Below are positions 51,562 through 64,000 of a stretch of 64,000 nt of DNA, one piece after another (the stretch's first letter is position 1; each line of letters begins with the position of its first letter). The translations under genes were made by a program, and so were the position numbers. Source of the DNA: Octopus vulgaris (Eukaryota); the NCBI GenBank assembly GCA_951406725.2, contig OX597823.1:117366001-117430000 (forward strand). The letters run 5' to 3'. The notes under the pieces were generated by a model. It saw only the letters and a program-made list of their open reading frames with translations. It did no database searches and was not told where the DNA came from.

Positions 51562-52847
51562 TTAAAACCCACAAAGAGTGCAACAACTGAATCGATATTT
51601 GTAGGGTCCTGTCTTGTCAATTCAGTCCATAACCAATATTCTAAACTGGGAAATGACTCAGCTCAAGTGTATTAAGCTGTAAATAGGTTCTGCAGTGCAA
51701 CATTAATATAACAAGGATAGAATCTGCCCTATAGAATCTGCCATGTTGGAAATATAAGAGGCTCCATATTTTGCCAAGTTTTAGATACAAAGACCTATGA
51801 AAACAACAACCAACTAACTGCTTTCTTTGGACATGTACCTCCATATCAAACAGATTTTGTTTTCTTAAGAAGAGCCAACCAGTACAACACTACAATATCT
51901 CCCCAACTGGCTCCAACTGAAATCCTACAAACAGAGGAAAGCCTTTTCACAGCAAAAGTTAGATACATAAGCAACATAAAGAACAAAAACAAACCTCTAT
52001 TTTTTTTTTTTTTTCCACATTGAAGAAGACAATTTAGTAATAAAAGAACAAAGCTGGAACATGTGAAAGTCAGTGTGTTAACCAAATTAGATTGGAATGA
52101 TGTGTGGTGGTTATGGAAAAGGGTCATGAAATACAAATGCAATAAATCAACAAACATAAAAATAAAAAGAGGAAAGCAAAAGAAATATATGATTCATACA
52201 TAAATTACTTATATTCCAAACCTAAGATTTCTGACAAAAAAGTTTTTTTTCCTATAAAAATAGTGAAAAGGAAAGAAAAGAAACAGTAAATTTGGTAATC
52301 TTCTCCGCTATTCTGCTACTAGCAATTACATTACGTTGACTTTAGAATCAATCTTCAACTTTCCTTGTGAGAATGAAATTTGGAAGATTTGTGTGTGCGT
52401 GCGTGTGTGTATGTATGTATAAGTAGATAACAAAACAAATTATATATCTACATATACATACACGTGTATATTTGTGTAACTTTTGGAATATATATATATG
52501 TATATGTATATATATGTGTATTGCGTGAGTCAGTTTATGTACAAAAGCACGCATATATATATATATATATGTATTCCTATATATATATATATATATACAT
52601 ATGTATTCCCATATATATATATATGTATATGTATATATATATATGTATTCCTAAGCACACATACATATACATGGATGTATGTGTGTATATATATGTGTGT
52701 ATACATACACACATCTATACATGTACACACATATAATGCCTTTAAATCAAAAGTCCATGAAGAGACTTTAATTTCTAAAAAGTTATAGAAACAAACAGTA
52801 AAGCATATTCTAATGAAATTACATAAGAAGTCAACTGTTAAGAACAT

Positions 52848-53280
52848 TGCTGGTGGTGGTGGTGGTGGTGGATGATAGGGGAAGACCAAGGGGATACGGT
52901 GATGATGGTTATAGGGTGACGGTAGTGGTAGATTGGTTGTGGTATGGTGGTGGTAGTGGTGGTGGTCACAGCAGTAGTGTGGTAACAAGGGTAACAGAGG
53001 TGGTAATGGCAGTGGTGGTGGCGGCGATGGTGGTTGTGGTGGTGGTGATTAAGGTGGTGAGGGTGGAGATAGTGATGGTAGTGATGATGGTCACGCTGGT
53101 TGTGATGGAGAGTAGTGAAGATTGGTGCTGGTAGTGATGGTGGTAGTGATGATGATGGTTTCGGCGGTGTTAGTGATAGGGTTAGTAATTTTAGTGTTGG
53201 TGGTAGTGGTGCAGGTGGTGGTGGTGGTGGTGGTTGCAGTGGTGGTGGTTGCAGTGGTGGTAATAATGGTGTTGGTAGAG
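52848..53280. repeat. (GGT/GAT)n low-complexity tract
   Basis: Degenerate GGT triplet repeat. Confidence 0.85.
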
Positions 53281-54117
53281 ATATTAGTCTGCATAGTCGT
53301 TATTGTTTCTTATTTGTCTTTTCAAAGATAATTTGTCTTGTTTTGCTCTGTCTTGTAATTTAAAAATATTCACGTTTGTTATTAATTATATTTTACAGCA
53401 ACAATATTTTTGTTTTGTTTTTTTTGTCTTAATCTTTTACTTTTCTGCTTCATTTATTTTCTTCTTTTTAAATTCAAATTTTAAAACTTTTTACAAATCA
53501 AATTGAAACTAAACGAACTTGTACAACTTTTAATCTGTTATCCCATTCTCCAATAAATCAACATTTATGTATATTATACAGTCATATACATACATACATA
53601 TTCGTACATACACACTTGCACGTACATACACACATATAGATACACACAAATACATATACACAAGCACATACAAATATATGTGTATACAATCTCCTATTTG
53701 ATAACTCCCTCACCCTTCTCATTCTTCCTTTATTTTACACCCCACACAACTTCTGCCAATTTTCTTTCTAATTTTTCATTTAACTTTAAACTGTTTCTAT
53801 TTTGCCCCAAAATAGTGCGGTGAGGTGACCAAGGAATTGAAATATTTTGGTCTAGAAATATTCCATCCGATTCTAAGTCAAAGTTCCATGGGTAGCAACA
53901 TAAATTGATGCTGTCTCTGACATAATGATGTGAGGTGTTCAAGAGACTGTTCTTGATTCTTTATTTTGGGTTGTTGTTGTTTTTTATCTTGAAGGATGTC
54001 CCTCCCCTTTTTCCTTTTTCTCTTTGTTACCTTCTATATTGGACCAAGGAAATCCTTTAAATCTCCCCAATTTAGAAACAATTATATGTTGCTGACATCA
54101 TATGAATTTATGAAATT

Positions 54118-54501
54118 CAGAGTGGCTGTGTGGTAAGTGGCTTGCTTACGAACCACATGGTTCCGGGTTCAGTCCCACTGCATGGCATCTGGGGCAAGTG
54201 TCTTCTACTATAGCCTCGGGCCAACCAAAGCCTTGTGAGTGGATTTGGTAGATGGAAACTGAAAGAAGCCTGTCGTATATACATATGTATATGTATATGT
54301 TTGTGTGTTTGCGTTTGTCCCCCCCCCCAACATCGCTGGTGTGTATACGTCCCCATAACTTAGCGGTTCAGAAAAAGTGACCGATAGAATAAGTACTAGG
54401 TTTACAAAGAATAAGTCCTGGGGTCAATTTGCTCGACTAAAGGCGGTGCTCCAGCATGTCCACAGTCAATTGACTGAAACAAGTAGAAGAGTAAAAGAGA
54501 G
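54118..54501 (+). mobile_element. SINE family A, followed by a family C-like SINE at ~54532-54825
   Basis: Pattern matches. Confidence 0.85.
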
Positions 54502-57500
54502 CATGAAATAAATACTTAGATCCTGTCATTGAAGGTGCATGGCTTAGAGTATCCAGCTCACTCACAATCGTAAGGTCATAAGTTTGATTCTTGGCGCATT
54601 GAGCAAGACACTTTATTTCACATAGCTCCAGTTCATTTAGCTGGTAACAATGAATTGTACAAGTATTTCAAAGGGCCAACCTTGTTGCTAAAACTCCCTG
54701 AGAACTACATTAAGGGTACAGTTCTCTCTGGAACGCTCAACCACTTGCGCATTAATTTCACAAGATGGCAATTCTGTTGATTGAACCAATGGGAACTCTC
54801 ATCGTTTTAACCATCGGAGAGCCAGGATCTTGTAACAGATACGTTATAAATAATAGTGTGTAAATATGAGGTTGAAAAACAAAAAGAATTATTTCATGTT
54901 CCCTTTTTTAAGTTTATAAATTCTTATGATATTAACATCTATATGTCTTTCTCACTGCATTTGCTTCCCTACATAAAAATCTGCTTCTCTGTAATTATAT
55001 ATCTGCCTCTCTGTATCTTTCTATTTATATCTATCTATTTATTTATATCTACCTTTCTGAAAGTAAGATATTCCTAATATTTTATTGCATTACAATAATT
55101 CAAACTCACACTTGTTAAAATAAAACTTTCATATCAGACTGATCTCATTTAATACTGGCAAATTTTAGCTAATTTAATTGGGAAAACATTAGGAAATTAG
55201 AAGATTTTAGATATTTTCATTTGTCTCAATTTCCTACTCTGTCTCTTCCACTGTGTATAATCTATGTTGTTTATTAAATATTTAAATTATAAGAATAATA
55301 AAATAAATTCTAGTTTATAAATATATTGAAGAAAAAATATACTTATTTGTTTGTCTGTTATAAAATGTTTTATTTAAAATTTATTTTTAAAAAATGCTTA
55401 ACTCTTAAATATCTTGCTTTCATAACGCATTCCATTCTCATCAATGAATATCATGCATACATACATATATACTTACTTATACACGTAATTATATAGACAT
55501 ATAGTTTTATATATATATATATACACACACATACACACAGACACATGTATATATTCATACATATTTCTCTGTTTTAATCACCCTCTTTTTAATCATAATA
55601 TAATAGATGGAAATATGAAATTTTATCTAATTTCATTCTATTTCCTTCTCTCTTCCTAGCAGTATATGTTCTGTATGGCTGATGCAGTCAATATTTGTAT
55701 TTAATGTTTTATAGAAATAAACATCATTGTTCACAGTGTCTCATTAGTTATCACAATTTTATTTGGAATTAACATAAATTGAATGGTAGCTTATTACATG
55801 GTTGAATGGACAGGCAGCACTGAAAGACAGACTAAAAATAAGGAATTAGAAAAATGTAAAGACACACAAAAACAGTTATCAAGTCGGATAATTAGTTTCT
55901 TAGTTCTCATCTTTTCCTAACTCATAACAAACCAAGGATTTCTAAAACCAATTTACTTAGCAAGAACATAAGCAACAATAACCCACTGAAACTGTTAAAT
56001 GTCGGAAATGATTGGTTGTTGAGACTATTAAATCTCATCCTTCAGTGGATTAGAGCTTTAATACACTTAAGTTTATAACTAAAAGTTTCTAGTTCAAATC
56101 CAGTCCAGTGCCATGTCCCTACCCAAGAAGTGCACTCAGTAAGTCTTCAGAATGATTCACCTTTCTGCCTCTTGCTTTGTTTCTTTCAACCTTTATATGG
56201 AGATTTTCAATGAAAGGGTTGGTACTTTGTGGTAATTGCACACTGGGTAATTATCATCATCCCACAAAGTGACCCTGCCAGCTAAGGACAGTGCACATGG
56301 TCTGTGTTTGTAGCATAAACACAAGGCCTAAAATTTGGGTACAAGAGGGACTTCAGGATTAACCAACATTATGCTAAAAAATTCAGAGGAAGAAAAAGTT
56401 CTGAGACACTCACTCAATACATTGCAAAGAAATAAATAAAACAAATAAATAAAACAAATATACATTCATGGCTCAAACAGGTCTTACAACAGAATTTTTT
56501 TTATATGTGACTAAACTCTGTTTCTTGTGCTGAAGAATGCTTAGATCTAGTTTTTCTCAGCAAACAACAATACTGTTTGAATCGTGGTTATGGAGGATTT
56601 AGGATTTGGCAACAGTTACAGATATTAATAGTATAGGATTAAGAGAGCTGAAAATTTTCTTGTGTTTAAGATAATTACATTCGTTCAGGTAGTTCTGAAT
56701 CTTTACCAGAGAGAAACATGTGATTTTCTTTTTCTAAATACATTTCTAAGTTATTAATCTGTGATAAGCATTAACTTGTAGGCTTGATTTTTTTTTTTTT
56801 TTTTTGGTGGGGGCGGAGTCCAAGAAAATTAGATTAGTTGATGTTATGTTCCTTTATAGCATTTATCATAGCTGGTTGAAAAAGCTGTGGGAATGGAACC
56901 AATATTTGAAAATGGTTAATGTTTTTACTATATATATATTAATAGAATTATTTTAATAAATGTAGGAACTGATACTTCAATCAACTGTACTTTTTCTCTT
57001 TTTTGACAGCATATATATATATTTTTTTTTTTTTGATAAATTGTATTTTGACCAATTGTCCACATGCCTTTGGATATAGTTTTGGAAATGTTCCATGTGT
57101 AAATCTGCCATGATAGATTCTGTAAAAATGGTAAACCAAGTATTTGTAGAGTCGATCAAGATTTCTGTTGCATGAGTCATGCCTAGAGAAGATTATAGAG
57201 GAGGACAGTTACTGTTTCCTATTATATCAAGTAATTGCATCTAGTTGAGGAAGATTTGTTATTGAGGGAGAATTAATTAATTATATACATTTTGAGGTTA
57301 TTAGAGAATTTCTAAGAGACAAAGAGATATTAATTAAGAGGCTTGCTAACCACAAAATATATAGAGATGAGTCTGTATAAAATATGGATGCACAGACATA
57401 ATAAATTAATTTTGACAATCCTCTTGTTTTCTCAGTACCACCAGAAATATAGACCTCTTCTGGCCTGTGATACAGTGAATCAAGTAGTTAAGACATAAAT

Positions 57501-57682
57501 GCGCTTCTAAAGGTTAGTGAAGTACCAATTGATATTAGACTGCAATGTAAACAGACAAAGATATAAAACTTGATGGTACATCATTATTAAAAGCAAGGTT
57601 TACATAAATACATAGAAAACACTTATACATGTTGTTTGTGTCTGTAAAGTTAACAGTGTACTCAGATTTTATAGTCTTTCGT

Positions 57683-58052
57683 CTTTTAGTCTTTTACTTG
57701 TTTCAGTCATTTGACTGTGGCCATGCTGGAGCACCGCCTTTATTCTTTGTAAGTCTAGTACTTATTCTATTGACTCTTTTGCTGAACCGCTAAGTTACGG
57801 GGACATAAACACACCAGCATCGGTTGTCAAACGATGTTGGGGGGACAAACACAGATACACACACACACACATATATATACATATATACGACAGGCTTCTT
57901 TCAGTTTCCGTCTACCAAATCCACTCACAAGACTTTGGCTGGCCCGAGGCTATAGTAGAAGACATTTGCCCAAGGTGCCATGCAGTGGGACTGAACCCGG
58001 TACCATGTGGTTCGTAAGCAAGCTACTTACCACACACCCACTCCTACGCCTA
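57683..58052 (-). mobile_element. SINE family A
   Basis: Pattern match with a short internal deletion. Confidence 0.9.
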
Positions 58053-58889
58053 TAGCAAAAGCATTATACATATATTCTTGAATGAAAGCCCCTGGTATGT
58101 GTCAAATATAGTGAGAGAAGGTGATAATGTTGCTGGAGTAAACACAAAACATGGGATGCATGAAAACTGGTATAAAATGTGTTGCAGCTGATTGATTACT
58201 CAATCATCTTAAATGTTTTAATATTTAAGACTAACTGAAATGAGAAAGAATTCTGTGTGAAAAAAAAAATAAAGATTCTGTTGATTCCTCTATAGTACTG
58301 ATGGCTGCCAAGAATGAAGCTCCAGTTCAGTTTATCTAACCAAAATGGCTGGTAAAATACTAGACTGGTTGTTCCAGAAAAATGCCAAAAATGGTAAATT
58401 ACTAAAATAATGTAGTTGCATGAGTATTGTTATATGTTCTAAGTTTCATACAATCTTCATATTTTCATCATAATAAGTGAACAAGCCATTTAATTATATC
58501 TTCTAGTTTGTCTGCTTGACAAAATTCAGCTCCTTCTTCAGTTGGTTTCAGGAAGGAAGAATGCAGAGATGTTAAAGAGAACAATGGCTAAATAGAATTT
58601 TAAAATTTATCAAATGCTTACATCTAATGAGTTGTTTTTTTAACGAATTTTGAAAGTATGGCTTTGGTTCCTAATAAGATGAAATGACCATCATAGAATT
58701 TCAAATAAATATAAGAAACCACTCAATTTTCATTTCCTGCAGTTTAGAAATATAGGAATATTTTGCTGCTTTTATTGTTAAAAACATGACCCACTGAGGT
58801 CATGACCTCAGAACCACCCAATAATTCAACCATAACTTTACTTAGATCTCAATTAGACAATATATCTTAGTACCATCACAACACTCAAA

Positions 58890-59082
58890 TCTCTACATGG
58901 TCACTCAACCTGATGAAAGTAACAGCTAAATTTCCTCAAATCACATTCAGCCATCTTAAAAAAGGAAGGACACTTTGCAGTGTAGTTTTATTATACAAAA
59001 AGGACAAAAAATAGCATGTTCATGCCTGGAATGCCTCTTGTCATGGGTCTGCTCAATCAAGTGGACCAAGGGCTAAACAACA
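58890..59082 (+). mobile_element. Old dispersed repeat (family D); related pieces at ~9190-9250, 22960-23160, 34660-34835 and 60870-61040
   Basis: Shared ACCTGCTAGAAATAGCAGCCAAAT...GGAATGC...CAGGG.TGACC..GGGCTAAACAAC motifs. Confidence 0.55.
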
Positions 59083-59336
59083 TCACTGTATATACACAGA
59101 CCACAAGCACACACAGTTGTACATCACTAACACCACACTACCTCAAAACGACAGCACAACATATAACAATATCCCACCACAACTATCCCCAAAACTACAA
59201 CTTAATGCACTTCAGTGAGTTGCGGAAGAATGAAGGGCAGTGCCCTTAACCCTTTCCAGGGTTTCCAGAATGTTTGCAACTAAGTGGTTGAGTGAACTCT
59301 GCTAAAAGCACTCAGAGGTCAGGTGGTGCAATTGAT

Positions 59337-59355
59337 AGTGGTTGTGGTGGTGGAG

Positions 59356-59420
<65 letters not shown>

Positions 59421-59445
59421 GGTGGTGGTGGTGGTGGTGGTGGTG
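59337..59445. repeat. Compound (GTT)n(GGT)n microsatellite
   Basis: Direct reading. Confidence 0.95.
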
Positions 59446-59474
59446 CCGGTAAGTAGACAATAATCTACTTACCA

Positions 59475-59703
59475 TTTCTTTATTGCCCACAAGGGGCTAA
59501 ACAGAGGAGACAAAGAAGGACAGACAAACGGATTAAGTCGATTATATCGACCCCAGTGCGTAAACTGGTACTTAATTTATCGACCCCAAAAGGATGAAAG
59601 GCAAAGTCGATCTCAGCGGAATTTGAACTCAGAACGTAACGGCAGACGAAATACGGCTACGCATTTTGCCTGGCATGATAACGTTTCTGCCAGCTCGTCA
59701 CCT
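59475..59703 (-). mobile_element. Monomeric family B SINE with TSD
   Basis: Full head and core. TSD taatctacttacca at 59461-59474 and 59704-59717. Confidence 0.9.
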
Positions 59704-60460
59704 TAATCTACTTACCAATAATCTACTTATCAGTGAAGAATAGAACAGACCTACTCACAGACTTCCACAGTTTCTGTTTACTAATTTCACTGATCCATGG
59801 CTATGGTAGAAAACACTTGCCCAATGTGCCTTACATGAGATTGAACATGAAACTACATCACAAATATAATCACTACAACAACTTAAACCACCACACCACC
59901 GCACCACCGCAATACAATGAACCTCTAGTACTCGATATATCATACAAGCAGCCAAAATGCATCGGTGCTACAACAGAAATACATCATCCCATAAAGCCAT
60001 ACACTACTACCACTTCTTCCATCACACCAAAGACACCACCAACCCCACCTCACTACAACACCCCTTACCTCTACAATCACCATGGTTACCTTACTAAAAT
60101 GCACCACCACTGCCATATAATACACAGTACTACAAAACAAAATTCTGTCACTATGACAACTACACCAAAATATACCACTACTCCCACCACCAGCATAATA
60201 ACTACAGCTGGAACACAATAGAGCCCAGCATTAGTTCTTCATCTCTAACTAAACTCCTCACCACCACCACCACTTCCTGGACTATTACCACCTGACCAAA
60301 TTACTTGAACAAAGAACTCCAAGAGACAATGTACTTTTAATCCAAGTCCTATTGACATGTTGCAGAAACAATGGAATTATTTCAAACAATCCACATACAA
60401 CAAAGAAATGGTACAGTTCTTAGAATTTCTGAAGACTATAATCAGTCATGTGCGTGTATA

Positions 60461-60509
<49 letters not shown>

Positions 60510-61063
60510 AGACATCTGCATGCATGCATCTCATCTATTCATGTATGAGTGCATGCATACACAAGTGCATAAGTGCATTTATATATGTGTGTGTATGTAC
60601 ATGTGTATTATCAATATATGCCGAGTGTGTAATTCTAATTTATGTGTGTTTAAGTAAACCATTATTTAAACATTAACATAGAGGAGAATTTTGCATTACT
60701 GAGGTGGGGGGGGACCTGGTTTGTGTGTGTGTGTTTATGCAAGTGTGCATTAGCATAGGAACACGGAAACGCAAAACTTAAATATCACCCGATTCACCAG
60801 CTTCTGATTGTTTCTTCAATTATAATTTAACAAATTTTAATTAATTAGAAAAAGTACATGTCATTTGGCTCCAGGCCATCCCTGACTGAACAGACCTGTG
60901 ATCAAAGTATTACATCCATAACCATCCAGGCATTTTGCATATCTTAGATTACATTGTCAAATATACCTTTTATTTTCTTAAATCAGTAGAGTATAGTATA
61001 AGGAAGATTTGGCTGCTATTTCTAGTAAGGTGAGTGACAGTGGAGAGGCTCCTTTGTTGGCTA

Positions 61064-61433
61064 ACTCTTTTACTCTTTTACTTGTTTCAGTCATTTGACC
61101 CTGGCCATGCTGGAGCACCGCCTTTAGTCGAGCAAATCCATCGCAGGACTTATTCGTTGTAAGCCTAGTACTTATTCTATCGGTCTCCTTTGCCAAACCG
61201 CTGAGTTACGGGGACGTAAATACACCAACATCGGTTGTCAAGTGATGTTGGGGAGACAAACATACACACACACATATATATATATATATACATATACACG
61301 ACAGACTTCTTTCAGTTTCCGTCTACCAAATCCAGTCACAAGGCTTTGGTCAGCCTGAGGCTATAGTAGAAGACACTTGCCCCAGGTGCCACGCAGTGGG
61401 ACTGAACCTGGAACCATGTGGTTGGTAAGCAAG
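61064..61433 (-). mobile_element. SINE family A
   Basis: Pattern match. Confidence 0.9.
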
Positions 61434-61849
61434 TGTATTAATGTTCAAGGTGATGACAGTGATGGGAGATTATGATAGTCTAGTAATGAGCTGGAGGACT
61501 GTTTGCTATAAGACTGTGGTGGCTAGATGTGTGAATCAAAGAGATATATGTATTGGTACCAAAATATTAGGAACATCATCATCATCATCATCATCATCAT
61601 CCTCGTTTAACGTCCGTTTCCCATGCTAGCATGGGTTGGACGGTTCGACCTAGGTCTGGGAAGCCAGGAGGCTGCACAAGTTAAAATTATTTAGTTGCAG
61701 TTCTATTGTATCACATCTTGTGCATTGTGTTTTGGCTTTGTACCATGATGTGTTTTGTACATCAGAGTCTCCACCAACAACAGTATTTAAGATGTACAGC
61801 CTGGAGAAGTTTGTGCTGACATATACACATACATACATACATACATACA

Positions 61850-62468
61850 TACCGGCAAGCGCAAGTGTGATCGGCAGGCACAAGTGTGACCATAACCTTG
61901 TGGCCTATGCTAGGGGTGTAACCAGTCCACTTATGCGTGCCTTTCCTTCATTGGACACTAAACTCTGCTTGCGAAGACCAGTTGAGGCAAGTGAAATCGA
62001 AATCAAACTCAGTGACTGGCATCCATGGCTAGTGGAGCGCTAAGAGTACCAGATGAGTGAGATCGTTGCCGGAGCAACAAGCTGGCCTTCGTGTCGATGG
62101 CACATTAAACACACCATTCGAGGGTGATCGTTACCTGCATCGCCTTAGTAGCACTTGTGCTGGTGGCACGTGAAAAAAAACATTCGCGCAAGGTCGTCGC
62201 CAGTGCCGCTGGACTGGCTCCTGTGCAGGTGGCACATAAAAAAGCACCATCTGAGCATGGCCGTTGCCAGTACCACCAAACTGGCTCTCGTGCCAGTGGC
62301 ACGTAAAAGCATCCTCTACACTCTCGGAGTGGTTGGCATTAGGAAGGGCATCCAGCTGTAGAAACTCTGCCAGATCAGATTGGAGTCTGGTTCGCCAGAC
62401 CTCAGTCAAATCATCCAACCCATGCTAGCATGGAAAGCAGACATTAAATGATGATGATGATGATGATG
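61850..62468 (+). mobile_element. RTE 3' fragment with (GAT)n tail; a short opposite-strand RTE tail lies at 61575-61677
   Basis: Matches the RTE 3' UTR of 36460-36915 and 41280-41880. Confidence 0.85.
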
Positions 62469-63199
62469 TACATATATGTATGTGTGTATATATGTATGTA
62501 TATAGATATACACACACACATATATGTATACGTATATACATATACACACACACACACATATATATATAAATATACATATATGTGTGTGTGTGTATATGTA
62601 TATACATACACACACATATACATAAATATACGTGTGTATGTGTGTGTGTATAAAATGTTGATGTAGTAGCTTTCAACCGGTGCAGGTGATAATGCTAGAA
62701 CATGGAAAATGGCTACTATAGTGGTGTTAACATTTATAATCGTGATTGTGATTGTTGCATAAAAGGTGTTTGCAGCAATAATGCTGATTGTGGGGAGAAA
62801 TGATAATGGTGGAAAAGTGGGGACAATGATGATGATGATGGTGTCGGGGAATTTTTTTTCTTTTTTCCTTCATTGTTTCAATTAATGCCTGACAACTTTT
62901 GTTTCCATGTTAGTCAGAAAATATCTTCTGTTCCATGTGTTTGTCAGGTTTTTATTATGAAATATATTTATTCTTACCATTCTGCACCACATACAGAAAT
63001 CCACCCATGGACATGCAATTATAAATGGGCCTATCTATGTATAAGTATATGATACTGTGTTTCTATCTGTCTACCCACTTTCTTTCTCCCTCTAACACGT
63101 GTTCTATAATCCTGTCACATTTTAAATTAGCTTAATGTTAATGTTTATCTTGGTTGTGGCCTCTTGAAAAGGAATGTTAATGCAATTTTTGAAGTACCT

Positions 63200-63396
63200 T
63201 ATTTATAATATATATATATTCTTATATATATGTGTGGCGGGTGTGTGTGTGTGTACATATACATATTATATATGTATTTATATATATACATTTATTTATT
63301 TATATAGATACATTATTTATATCCATATATTTATTTGTTTATATATATACATTTATTAATTTATAAATATAAATGTATATATAAATATATATAAAT

Positions 63397-63431
<35 letters not shown>

Positions 63432-63600
63432 AATATATATATATATAAATAAATATATATATATAACTAAATATATATATATAAATAAATATATATATAT
63501 ATTATATATATGTATATAAATATATATATATATATATATCGTACACATACATATATATATAGTACACATACATATATATTTATTTATGAGTGTGTGTGTT
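63200..63600. repeat. (AT)n-rich low-complexity tract
   Basis: Direct reading. Confidence 0.9.
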
Positions 63601-64000
63601 TGTATATATGTAGGTGTGTGTAGGGGTGCATTTCTGTACATTTGTACATGTGTGTAAATCTGAATGTTCCAAAGTTATTATGTAAGGTTATATTCTGTGC
63701 CTCAAGTGCTGTGATTCAGACTAACAACAGTGAATATATCATCAACTACACAAAAGGAACAAAAATTTTAAATAATATGAGGTTAAAACATCCATTAGAT
63801 AACATACACATACACACACACACACATGCATATATAAATATATGTGCATGTGTATATATGTGTGTGTGTGTGTGTGTATGCACACATTTTTCTCTCTTTA
63901 ATTCACATCATTTTTAAACAGTATTTCTATCCTTATGCAATCGCTTAAGCCAAAACAATTACAGATAGTGAGAATCCGAATACCAATAGTGTAAAGTATC

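Noticed and set aside
52847-53363. Gly-, Val- or Thr-rich ORFs; also the Thr/His-rich ORF at 59733-60221
   Set aside because: Degenerate GGT/ACC low-complexity DNA open in several frames.
56870-56880. AGCTGGTTGAA resembling part of miR-133
   Set aside because: Only an 11-nt match, with no mature arm or hairpin.
59302-59490. poly-His/poly-Gln ORF as a transcription-factor exon
   Set aside because: It starts inside a SINE and is only a compound microsatellite, with no flanking domain or splice support.

Overview
Repeat-rich, AT-rich eukaryotic intronic or intergenic DNA, most likely from an octopus (coleoid cephalopod). This assignment is inferred from the tRNA-derived SINE families and the dense AT/AC/ATAC microsatellites. 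No host protein-coding gene can be supported, and almost all ORFs in the track are microsatellite or SINE translations. The recognisable content is a near full-length but disrupted Penelope-like element (Neptune-type, RT + GIY-YIG, minus strand, 24459-30629) interrupted by a piggyBac-type non-autonomous element, RTE LINE fragments whose RT contains a PHD finger, and decayed R4/Dong, HERO, Vingi, mariner and Helitron pieces. About 30 SINE copies and several foldback MITEs are also present. The most notable signals are: (i) a minimal hammerhead ribozyme (HHR) in the Penelope terminal repeat whose predicted cleavage site coincides with the element's 5' end; (ii) several further HHR-like motifs in non-coding, Penelope-derived or retrozyme-like elements, one of them in the loop of a 395-bp foldback; (iii) a SINE present as monomer, dimer and ~10-mer, each between its own target-site duplication (TSD). 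All calls come from reading the sequence by eye with no database search, and boundaries are approximate unless a TSD or TIR is quoted.
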